Shown: piece by piece, positions 12,381 to 24,000 of the stretch | How the letters are laid out: each line of letters starts with the position of its first letter | Position numbering within the stretch: position 1 is the first letter of the stretch | NCBI RefSeq assembly: GCF_963921235.1 | Contig: NC_086109.1 | Span: forward strand, 35,652,001 to 35,716,000 | Direction of reading: 5' to 3' | DNA length: 64,000 nucleotides | Source: Mobula hypostoma | Lineage: Eukaryota | The notes under the pieces: generated by a model | Databases searched by the model: none | What the model was told of the DNA's origin: nothing | Seen by the model: the letters and a program-made list of their open reading frames with translations, nothing else | Translations under genes and position numbers: made by a program

Positions 12381-12384
12381 CTTA

Positions 12385-13247
12385 TGTTACGTACCCCGTA
12401 ACTGGGTTGCCAAACCAGCAGAAATGGATCACTCAGTTGGAGTCTGGAGTACTAGAACTAAGAAAGTTTTATTAAAGAAACAAGCAACACAGTAATCGAA
12501 AGGATAATAAATGCAACAGTTCAGCAATGATAACCACACATGTGCACAGAATTAAGATAACAGCATCAATCAAGCTCTATCGTTGTCTAGGGGTAAATGA
12601 CCAAATTTCAAAGTGACTCAAAGTTCAGTCCAGTTTAGTAGTTCAATTCGCAGTAATCGTTGCCATGGCGATGGACAACGTGGGGGGAGAGAGAGATAGA
12701 ACAGGAACAACTGATCATTCAGACACGGCTTCACTCACAGACCGGCGAGCTGGCTCACAAGCAGCTTTTGGGCGGGTCCTTGGTGATGTCACCTGAGGTC
12801 ACCGACTGTGACCCCTCCTCCAGATGCGGTCGATCCTCTGCAGTGAAGCCGGCACCCAGGCAAGGGCGGACACACACCGGGTTCCCGCTGATCGTACCTT
12901 TCCACCCTAGCCGTTGTCTGGTACTTCCCACCGACTCGTGAGAAGCGTACCGCTTCCAGGGTCTCGTTACCTCGGGTGGCGTGTGTGTACTGCCTTAGCG
13001 AGCCTGTCCCTTTTTATCCCCCTGCTTGGGTATCGCCTGTCCATCACTTCAAACAGTTCAGGGTTCAAAGGGGGGAGCCGCTCCAGACTGCTCTCTCTCC
13101 CCCGTTCCTTCATTACACATCTCCAGACGCTGCTCCATTGTTCCTTATCTCTCCTTCCCCTGAGGGCAGGTGGCAGACCACTTGCTGATGTCACTGATGC
13201 TAACCCAGGCCAGCAAACATCTTAATTTTATGTGTATTCTCGTCACA
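12385..13247 (-). repeat. 5' LTR (863 bp) of the young element
   Basis: Direct repeat of 8337-9201; about 12 substitutions plus one 2-bp indel by eye. Confidence 0.97.
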
Positions 13248-15459
13248 ATACTTCCTTTACATTAAAATGACACAACAAATGGATTGAATTGTCATTGGTA
13301 TCTTCATATACATTGTCACTAAATATTTATCACTAAAAATGAAAGAGACAATCCTAATTGGTGACATTGATCTAATAGAAATTACTGACACAACCTAAAA
13401 GAAAATTCTTAAATTTATAGGATGGTGTTTAATCCCATTGGTTAATTGTAAATTGGTTAGTTAACCTGGTTGCACGACAGCAATAAGTGGTAGAATTACA
13501 TGCCTGAAATTGGCTATTCTCCAGATATGTAAATGTGCCTCAAGAATCTCTAAGAGCTTTGCGTAAGTAGTTCTACTCATCTTGCCAATAGAAAACATTT
13601 CTTGCCAGTTTAGGATTCTGCATTTACCAAAGGCAGGAAAATTTAAGTATGGCTTGGAGCAACTTATATAAACTTCATGTGTACATGTAAACACTATTGG
13701 ATGTTTAACTTCACTTGTTATCAGCAGGACCTGCAACTAATAGGCTTTCTTCTGCTTGCTTACTGAAGGTCACCCATGCTTCTTGGATTTCTATTATCGT
13801 AACTTCCTTTTGTTGTATGAACTCAAACTCTCTGAAATTTTCATTATTTCTGTAGGTGTCCATCTGGGGTTCACTATTTCTTTGAACCAATTTCTGTGGC
13901 CATTAATGTAATGTGGTCAGGAAGAGTCTATACTTCAGTGGATGCCCAGATCATGACAGTGTTTCTAACCTGTGTGGTTTCAAACCTATATCAGTGAAAG
14001 TTCTAGTTGAGATGCAATGAAACGTCTGAGGTGCTGAACATTGATTTATATAGCATTAAGAAATAGCTGCAAATCTGAAATGTATGCATTCATTCTCAGT
14101 AAAGTCATATTTTGTCTGCCTTTTGAGGCAGTGTAGATTTAATATGTGTTTTTTGACTGAAGTTAAGATTGGATCAACAGACGGAATAGTGAGATAGACA
14201 GAGAATGATTGTCATCAATTGAAAGGATGGAAAGTAGCTAACTTATCCTTGAATGAATAAATCTATATGATTCACCTGATTGGTGAATGGTGTATTTTGG
14301 AATTGATCAAACTTTTCTTATATTTGTTCTGACATGTGGAGCACTAGAATGAAAGAAGTAAACAGAGAACTAGTGAATCAATGTCCCTGCAGTTTCTACC
14401 ATACAGCTAGTGTATTGTAGCTTTCTTTCTAACTAAACTTTACTTTCTCGATTTATTCCTGTATTGCAGTCCAATGTCTGCCTCTCACTCTAACATTAAT
14501 TGGTTTTATCAGCAGTTTGTTTTAATTTTTCATAATTATAGGTCTGATGAAATTCTGAAATCTTTCTTCCCCAATTTTAATGATGAGGGTCATTTACTAG
14601 TGATACTGAAAGTCATTACGTGTTTTTAATGACATTAGTCTTTATTCAACAATAAATTTTAAATATACGGGTATGTTGCACAGTAGAAATGTTCAACACA
14701 ATGTTTTCCTTCAAATAGTATTTCCCAGTTCAAAGATTTTGCTGAAACAGTGGAAGACCTGAATAATCATGGTGACAGAAACTAAAGCTAGACCAAAAGC
14801 CTTTGGGAGAGCAAGTTATTACTTAACATTAAAATAGTACATGACTTCCAATTATTATTTTAAGGCTGCATTTTCGTAATGGATGGTAATTAGCTTTATT
14901 CTCTGAAACAGAGTTAATGAGTACTACAGCTCAGAAGCAGGACCTTTGGCCTATCTAGTTAATGCTAATCTGATGTTCTGCCCAGTCCCTTCTACCTGTG
15001 CCCCAAATCCCTCCAAACACCACCCATCCATTTACCTATGCAAACTTCTCTTAAGTGTTACAATTGATCCTGCACCTATCACTTCCACTAGCAGTTTGTT
15101 CCACACTTGCACTACCTCTGAGCAAAGATGTTTCCTCTCAGACTGCCCTTGAACATTCACCCATCCTGAGGAGAAAAAGTCCTGCACACATTCACTCTAT
15201 CTATACACCTCATAATTTTGTATACATCTATAAGATCTCCCATCATTCTACTACACTCCAGGGAATATTCAACTCAGGTCTTCAAATCCCAGCAACATCT
15301 TTCTTACTTTTTTCTTCACTCTTTAAGCTAATATTTTTCCTATTTGTGAGTGACCAGAACTTAACAGAACACTCCAAATTTGACATCACCTATATCTTTT
15401 ACAGCTTCAACATAACATTGCAACTACTATACTCCCTACCCTGATTTATGAAATCTAAT

Positions 15460-16243
15460 GCATCAAAAAATCTCTACACTGATTGGTCTAATCTCAAACA
15501 ATAATGAGGTGGAAGAAGTCATCTCTCTGACACAGTGGTGTCAAGAAAATAAGCTCTCCGTCAAAACAAAGGAGCTGGTTGTGGATTACAGGAGGAATGG
15601 AGACAGGCTAACCCCTATTGACATCAATGGATCTGGGGTTGAGAGGCTAAACAACTTTAAATTCCTCGGCATCCACATCACCAAGGACCTCGTGGTCTGT
15701 GCACACCAGCTGCGTGGTGAAAAAGGCACAGCAGTGCTTGTTTCACATCAGACGGTTGAAGAAATTTGATATGGGCCCCCAAATCTTGACTGACTGTATC
15801 ACTGCCTGGTATGGGAACTGTACCTCCCTTAATCGCAAGATTCTGCAGAGAGTGGTGCAGCCAGCCCAGTGCATCTGTAGTTCTGAACTTCCCATGATTC
15901 AGGACATTTACAAGGACAGGTGTGTAAAAAGAGCCCGTAGAATCATTAGGGACCCAAGACATCCCAACCGCAGTCTATTCCAGCTGTTACCATCCGGGAA
16001 GTGGTATCGCAGCTTAAAAACCAGGGCTAACAGGTTCCGGGACAGCTTCTTCCACCAGACCAGAAGAATGATGAACTCATGATGATTTGAGTGTACTCTA
16101 TATTACATCGCCTGTTCTATTTATTATAAATTATTATAAATTACTATGATGTCACCTCGCACATTTAGATGGAGACATAATGTAAAGATTTTTACTCCTC
16201 ATGTATGTGAAGGATGTAAGAAATAAAGTCAATTTAATTTAAT
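15460..16243 (+). mobile_element. Rex1/Babar-clade LINE 3' fragment
   Basis: KTKELVVDYRR, FKFLGIHIT, KKAQQCLFHIRRLKK, CITAWYGNC, LLPSGKWYRS; AATAAA plus AATTT-repeat tail. Confidence 0.88.
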
Positions 16244-16709
16244 TCACAACACTATCTGCCTGTGATGCCACTTTCAAGGAACTATGGACCTGTATTCCCA
16301 TGTCCTTTTGTTGTACTACATAATTCAGAGCCCTGCCATTCACCTAGTAAGTCTTGCCCTACCATTTTTCCCTTCAAGTTGTAACACCTCACAGTTGTCT
16401 GCATTAAATTCAAATTGCTATTTTCCAGCTTATGTTTCCAGCTGTTTGAGATCATGAAGCAAACTTTAATCGCCTTTCTCAATATGTCACCAATCTTCAT
16501 GTCAACTGCAAATTCGCTGATCCAGTTTTCCACATCTTCATATAAATCATTAATATAGATGATAAACAACAAAAAAACGCAGCGTCAATCCCTGCGCTAG
16601 GCCACTAATCACAGGACTCCAGTCAAAGAGGCAACCATCTACTACCACTCTCTGGCTTTTCCCACTAAGCCAATGTTGATTCCAGTGCTAAGTGACTTAT
16701 ATTTTTTGG

Positions 16710-16845
16710 ACGCAAACACGAGGAATTCTGCAGATGCTGGAAATTCAAGCAACACACATAAAAATTGCTGGTGAACGCAGCAGGCCAGGCAACATCTCTA
16801 GAAAGAGGTACAGTCGACGTTTCCGGCCGAGACCCTTCGTCCTGA
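16710..16845 (-). mobile_element. Penelope-like terminal (pLTR) fragment nested in CR1
   Basis: Homologous to the 3' end of the Penelope at 58650-58770 (CAGCATCTGCAGA, AGGGTCTCGGCC.GAAACGTCGAC). Confidence 0.75.
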
Positions 16846-17514
16846 CGACCAGTCTGTCATGCAGGACTTTGTCAAAAGCCTTGCTAAAGTCCTTGTAGGC
16901 AACATCCACCACCTTACTTTATCAGCCTTCTTAGTAATCTCCTCAAAAAGCTCTGTTAAATTTGACATGAACTACCAAGCAATCTCAATCAGGCCCTGTT
17001 TTCTGAGTAAATAGAGAAACATCTATCAGTTTTTAAAAAAACTTGTCACATTGTGCTGTGCTTTCCCCTTAACTTTCTGCTCAAAAGTATATCCAGGCAG
17101 ATAATGAGAGCATAGACATTTGGAACCATGGAAGTAAGAGGATCAACAGCATATTTACTTAAGCAACACTGGAGTTTACAACAATTTTGAGATCACTGCT
17201 TCATGTTGAGTTTCGGTTAGGAGAATATCCTGGTCAAATACGATTCCTGCTGAGAGTCATTTCCTCCCTAGCCTACCTGCCTGTTTTAGCAGCTTGCATA
17301 ACAAATACAAATGGAATTTCCACTAATACATTCATGCTTGGGCACAACTGGTTTGCACAGAAAATTTCCTCATCCTTCTTTGTAAATTAAGCTGAATTAA
17401 CTCAAGAAAACAAAAGAAGTCTGGTAGAATCTAAAAACGTAGTCATTAAAAGCACTTTAAGTAATACTGATAATGAGAGGAGACCTGGAGCCTTGCTGTT
17501 GCTGAACGTGTGCA

Positions 17515-18647
17515 ATGGTACCTATTTATCATTCCTACAGACCTGATCGAAAAGCTAGGCCTCTGTAGCTCCCTCTGCAACAGGATCTTTGACTTCTGAA
17601 CTGGAAGACCACAATCTGAACGGTTTGGAAAGAACATCTCCACCTTGTTGATGATCAGCTCTGGCACATCTCAGGAATATGTGCTTAGCTGACTGCTCTA
17701 CTCTCTCTACACCCATGGCTGTACGGCTAGTCACAGCTCAAAAGCCATCTATAAATTTGCTGATGATACAACCACTGTTGGCAGAATTTCAGATGGTGAC
17801 AAGAGGGCGAGATACACCATCCATTGAGTAGAGTCGCAGCAACAATCTTATACTCAACATCAGCAAGACCAAAGAGCTGATTGTGAACTTCAGCAAGGGT
17901 AAGATGAGGGAACACAAACCAATCCTCATAGAGGGATCAGAAGTGGAGAGCACGAGCAATTTCAAGTTTCTGGGTGTCAATATCTCAGAGGATCTAACCT
18001 GAATGCAACATAGCAATGCAGCTATAAAGAAGGCAAGACAGCAGTTATATTTCATTAGGAGTTTGAGGAGATTTGGTTGTTAAATAAGACACTTGAAAAC
18101 TTCTATGATTGTGCTGTGGAAAACATCCTGACAGGCTGCATCGTTGTTTCGTATGGGTGGGGGGAGGGGGAGGGGCTACCGCACAAGATCAAAGTAAGTT
18201 GCCGAAACTTGTAAAATTAGGCAGCTCCATCATGGGTACCAACCTCATAGTGGTCAAGACATCTTCAAGTAACAGTGGCTTAGGAAAGCAGCATCCATCA
18301 TTAAGGACACCCACCTCCCAGGTCACAGGTCATGCCCTATTCTCATTGTTACCGTCAAGAAAAAGGTACAGAAGCCTGAAGGCACACAATCAGTGATTCA
18401 GGAATAGCTTCTTCCCCTCTGTCATCTAATTTCGAAATGTTCGTTAAACCCATGAACCCTACCTCACTTTCTTTTTATTTGTTTTTTTTTGCGTTACTTA
18501 TTTTAATTTAACTATTTAATAGGCATACTGTATATGTACTTAATGTACTCAGTTTTTTTCTCTATACTTATTTATTCATTGTGCTGTTGCTGTAAAATTA
18601 ACAAATTTCATGTCATATGCCAGTGATATTAAACCTGATTCTGATTC
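17515..18647 (+). mobile_element. Rex1/Babar LINE fragment
   Basis: KFADDTTTVG, KTKELIVNF, FKFLGVNISEDL; CCTGATTCTGATTC tail. Confidence 0.85.
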
Positions 18648-19996
18648 AAAGGAAGATGTTATCCAGAACATTGAGCTACAAAATGGAAGATCTGGCATCA
18701 AATCAGCATTGTCCACTGATTGACCTTGCCTAGTTTGTATCCTTCTAAAGGGCATCCAATTTGACTTGCACTGCTAATTATGCACTTGCACCACAGAAGC
18801 TATTTTAATCATATAAACACTCGTAAAATATGGCTTGTTGGGTCCACTGTTGTCTTCAGGAAAAATCATACAAATCTGTTATAATTGGACAGTGAGATGT
18901 TTCGTTGACAAATAACATTATTAACCAGGATGTTAACAGTCTTCAAATTTATTACTTTCAGATTCATGGTCATTTTAATCTACCACTTTGTAAAATGAAT
19001 GCTTATAGCCAATGGGAGTTTGGAGGGTAGTTTAAACATTACATGTTATCCTCAAGCATTCTCAACAGACTTATTCTAATTCATTTCTTCACTAAAAGTG
19101 AAGAGTGCCCAACCAGATTGTTGCTTTCCAACATGAGCATTCATGACAATAAAAACTCTGCTGAAGCTTGTAAGCAATTTGTAGATTTGCAAGAATATTT
19201 TAACATAATATATAAAACAATGTTTCATAATGCTGGTGTCAAACTGTATTAGAATCTGTCTTTCCTTTGGGTTCATCAGGTGCATGAAGAGGGAGAGCTT
19301 GTTATGTGGGCAACAGCTTGCTTTCTATATTATACTGCCCTGCTTTACATATCTAGACAACTAAAATGCAACATCCATGGTGAACCCTGATCAACGAAGC
19401 TTCAGAGATCCTACAAGTCTGCATAGCATTGTTACTGATGAATGAAAAATAACCTGAGATTATTTTCTTATTGATGGTGTTGTCTCAAATGTTTTCATAC
19501 ATTGTAGGAAAATTCAGTTAATGTAGATTCAGATGGAGCTTAACCCATTTAAGCTGCTCTGTTCACCAGTAAAATATCTTAAGAGCAGAAATTGATAATA
19601 TAAAATTGATAATGTTGTACTCAAAAAAAGTTATACCAAGACTTGTTAAGTGCTATTGATAAGTACAAAAAGTATCTTGCTGCAACAAGTAATTTATTAG
19701 CACTTAAATGCTGCCACATTTTTTGGCACTGGGAATTTATCATTGGTACCTAGAGATTCAATTTAGTTACAAGTAATAAGTGTGGATATTCACAAGATTT
19801 ATAGCAGGGAGTTAATGTGTTAAACCATGCCACATTAAATCACTTGTTCAAGTGTCGACCCCATAGTTCCATTAATGTAGCTCCTTTGGTAATAATAACC
19901 TACGCTATTGGAAGAGAATGTGAGGACAGACACATGTGCTATAGCTAACTGACCTCTACTCCTGCTTATGCATTTATGAGCCCTCAACACCATACT

Positions 19997-20070
19997 TAAC
20001 CTAACACTCTCTATGTATCTTCCTATTTATTTCTTAATCTAACACTCTCTACCTATCTTCCTATTTATTT
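19997..20070. repeat. Tandem duplication of a ~38-bp unit
   Basis: CTAACACTCTCTA..TATCTTCCTATTTATTTC present twice. Confidence 0.85.
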
Positions 20071-21240
20071 CTGCTGAGCTAAAGTCAAATACACACATCC
20101 ATATTACTTGCCACAGCTAGCAGCATAATTCACATTCTAAACACTTATAAAGGGTTCTGAAATTGTTTACAACACCCCTTCACAAATAAAGGGCTCAGTG
20201 GTACAGCTAGGAGGAATATTCAGTTTGAAATTAGCTCAGTATAATCATGGAGAAAAGAACTGGAGAATTTGTAATTTGAGGCTGATGAATCTCAGAATTA
20301 GACAACCATGTACATTTGAACACTATAAAAGAGACCCAATACTCAGGGGTAAAAGCACACCAATCTGAATCAGAAATATGAACCACAAACTTTAAATACA
20401 ATCCTGCAGGATTGAGTCACACTAGCTTTCACTGAAGTCTTCTGGGTTTGTAATGGCTGATGAAGTCAATTGATCCACAGACTTAGTCACTAGCAAACCA
20501 GAAGGTGCTTGTTGGGACATGACACTGGTAATGTGAAAGGTGCTGTGCTCCTTCCCTTGTCTTTTGCGGGATACTCCCCTTGAAGCAACCTGACATGACT
20601 GATGACATCTCAGATGGTTCTCCTCCATGTGATGAATAATTGACTATTTTCACATGTACATGTGACAAATAAAGCTAATAGCCATCTTAGGGCAGCATGT
20701 TACATTTTTCAGGGAGATTTTCAACATGCCTTTGAAAGATTTCTTGATAACCTCTCCACATGACAATATTCAGAGTAAAGAACATTGTTTTGGGAGTCAG
20801 AAACTAGTGATGCAAACTACCTGGCTCTCCCATTGGAAATGGCTGTGGTAATATGGTATATAATAATATACCATATGATATATAATAATATGGTAAAATA
20901 ATTTCCATGTTTAGGGAAAAATACAATAACTCCAAGATCCAATTTAAATTCAAAACTTGAGATATGATGCAATACACTAGAACAGGGAGTAAGTAAGGTA
21001 TTTTTCATAATTGACCAATTACATGGTGAGTAATATCCTATAAAATTGTTCCTCTGCTCATATGAAGTGATCTAGTATCGTGAGATTATTTCTCCAATTA
21101 ATATAAATGCCAGTGGATGGAAGTTCAGCAGACTCAGCTGTATTGACACGGCACTGTGTTATAAAATAAGCGTTAATTAAGTCTTTTAAGCGGAGAAACT
21201 AGAGTTCACATGAGAAAGGATCTAGTGCTTTCCTGACGTA

Positions 21241-21700
21241 TGTGACAAATAGACTTTTCTCGGGCTTCCAGACTGGTACAGGTATCAATTATAACCAACA
21301 TTCCAATGACAAACTCAGCCATCTCCATCAAGGATGATGCCTGGGCATGTCTAATCCAATGTTATATATACCCCTGTAGTCGTCCCTCCTGATCGGTTAG
21401 TCCTCATCCAATCCATTGGTGAAGGAAGCCATTGAAATAAAACTAGAGGAAAAGAATTTTAACAAAACGAAGGTCTCACTCTAAGTAAGAAGTGGAATTT
21501 GATTGTAAACAAGATAGGAGAGCGGAATCCTGACTGGATGAGGACTAGCCAATCGGGAGGGATGGATACAGGGGAATAAATACCACTGGACTAGTCATGT
21601 CTAGGCATCATCCCCGATGAAGATGGAGGAGTTTGTCATTGAACATCGGTTAAAATCAATACCTGTGCTCAGCTGAAAGCCTAAGAAAAGTTTATTCACA
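21241..21700 (+). mobile_element. Penelope-like element remnant with inverted pLTR arms
   Basis: Arms 21241-21413 and ~21530-21700 are imperfect reverse complements; spacer translates LVKEAIEIKLEEKNFNK (GIY-YIG C-terminus-like). Confidence 0.8.
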
Positions 21701-22809
21701 GAGATCACACATTTTCAATATACTAAAACTGGTGATGTGTGTAGTCCTAAAACATAATCTGCAAAATAATTAGGATGATTTTTTCCCATAATCATCCATT
21801 AAAACCATATATGGTTGAATCCTGATGGCAGCTGTATGAACAGTTTTTGACAATAACTGGAAGCTGGTGAAATGTTAAAGAACCTTTCGACATCTAAGTC
21901 ACACGTAGAAAAGTCTTTAATAGAAATAAGGGCAATGGGAGTGGCAACTCCCCTTGAATGGTGTTCCTTCTCGATCAATGCAAATGTTTTCCCTGACTGC
22001 ATCTCTTGCTCCCTGGTATTGTATTTGCATCTGAATAGTGTGGCAGAGATTGTGTCTCACAAGCAGAAATTCCTGATCCAAATTCCAGTTGGGCGCAATT
22101 TCATCCAAAGGTGATTGTTAATCTGATCCGTAAAATGACGGAAAATTCTGGAAAAGTGTTACCAGTTTTTATAACACATTTCCAATATCAGTCTTTTTTT
22201 TTAAATTGGTATTCAATCAATTCAGTTTCTAGGCATAAATATTCACTATTCTATAAATTATGATGAAAATGATATTTACTAACTTTTGCAAAATAACAGT
22301 GTCACTTACAGGAAATTAGTTTTCTTAAACACTGACTTACACAAATGCAAAATGGATCTATGAATAACACATTCATTGTAAATGATGATTATACAGAAGA
22401 TATATGTGTTCTGTATTTGGTACACAGATGCATGTATGACAAGAGCTGTTAAGACTTTAACATTATAACCACATATTATCTACCTCATACCCAGAGTGCA
22501 TATTATGTATAAATGCTCGACTTCTGCTGAAAAATTTGAAGTACAAGTAGTTGACAGATTACCTTTTCTTAGTTAAAATATATTAATTCTCAGATCTGGG
22601 AAAATATATCAGTGGGCCCATTTGACAGCATACTCAATGCTGCATGAATATTCTACACTTCAGAGAGTAAGGGAATGATTTTATTTTCATTTTAAAAGTG
22701 AATTTGTTTTGCTTTATAGTTAAATTCTTTTAGTTTTGTAGTTATAGATTGTGCCAATATACAATAATAAACTTCATGTTCAGGGTAGGAGACTGTAACT
22801 TGGAGAATG

Positions 22810-24000
22810 CTGCAAGAACTGGTGCTGGGTTCCTAGCCTTACACAATCCATATCAATGATTTAGATGAAAGGATCAAGATTTGCACATTAAGGTTTACTG
22901 ATGGGTGGCAAGATGGGTGAATAGATCTTGGTGAGATGCAAAGGGATATGAACAGGTTAAGTGAATGGGCAGCAGCATGGCAGATGGAATATAATGAGGA
23001 AAAACTCCATTTTGTTAGTGTGTAAAAAAAAAGAGAGATTACAAAGTATTCGTGTTCAAAGGGACCTTCGTGTCCTTGTTTAGGATTCACTGGAAGTTAA
23101 TTTGCAGGTGCATATTGGGCAATTAGAAAGGCAAATATTATGTTGACTTTTTATGTAAGATGATATGATTACAAAAACAATGATAAATTACTCTAATTAT
23201 ATAGAGTACTGATGAACGTTATCTATTGGTCTAAATTCCCTACCAAAGGAAAAGTTTCCTTCTGACAGAGGGAGAGCAGTGAAGCTTCATCATAATGATG
23301 GGTGGGAAAGTTGGTTTGCTATGCCAGGAGAGTTTAGGCAGAATGGCTCTGTACTTTCTTGAGTTAGAAAGAATGAGAATTAATCTCATGAAAACGTGCC
23401 AACTTCCTTCAGTGCTTATCTGCGTAGAGAAATATATAACATTTCCCTTAACTCTAGTATATAGAAGAAACGATTGTAATTTTATTTTTAGGGATTAGCT
23501 CTTCAAGACAGCACCCAGGGCATGTCCTTTTCTCACTGTTACCATCAGGTAGGAGATACAGAAACCTAAAGGCACACACTCAGGAACAGCTTCTTCCCCT
23601 CTGTCATCCGATTCCTAAATGGACATTGAAGCTTTCGACACTACCTCACTTTTTTTTAATATGCAGTATTTTACACATTTTTTAAAATCTTTTCAATATA
23701 TGTAATTGATTTACTTGTTTATTTATTATTACATTTTATTTTATTTATTATTATTATTATTTTTTTTTCTCTCTCTCTGCTAAATTATGCATTGCATTGA
23801 ACTGCTGCTGCTAAATTAACAAATTTCACATCATATGCCGGAGACAATAAACCTGATTCCAATTCAGATTCTGAAGAAATGTGTTCACCCAGTGGTGCTG
23901 AATTCTTAAAATTCTTGACCCAAGAGTGCTGTGGAGACCCTATCACTCCAGGGCTCAATTAGGTTTCAAGAAATTAACGGAATTAAAGAATCTGAATTTT
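22810..24000 (+). mobile_element. Old CR1 fragment with a nested Rex1-type 3' end (23509-23873)
   Basis: Decayed IHINDLDE...WAAAWQMEYN; nested piece ends in an ATTCAGATTCTGA tail like 18647. Confidence 0.7.

Larger units (their letters stand above)
8337..13247 (-). mobile_element. Young Gmr1-like Gypsy LTR retrotransposon, non-autonomous (catalytic cores of IN, RT and RH absent)
   Basis: Two near-identical TG...CA LTRs; 4-bp TSD ATAC (8333-8336, 13248-13251); PBS; PPT; single 969-aa ORF. Confidence 0.95.
14905..17000 (-). mobile_element. Decayed CR1 LINE interrupted by Rex1 and a Penelope fragment
   Basis: ORF 16282-16572 LFIIYINDL...WISEFAVDMKIG; CR1 3' UTR near 14910-15000. Confidence 0.75.

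Noticed and set aside
13857..13997. Possible exon after TTTCTGTAG
   Set aside because: The open frame ends in a stop, the peptide is unrecognised and there is no good donor
19043..19400. Short ORFs in unique AT-rich DNA
   Set aside because: No recognisable protein similarity or coherent splice pattern
21799..22114. Overlapping ORFs on both strands
   Set aside because: Short, no motifs, consistent with chance
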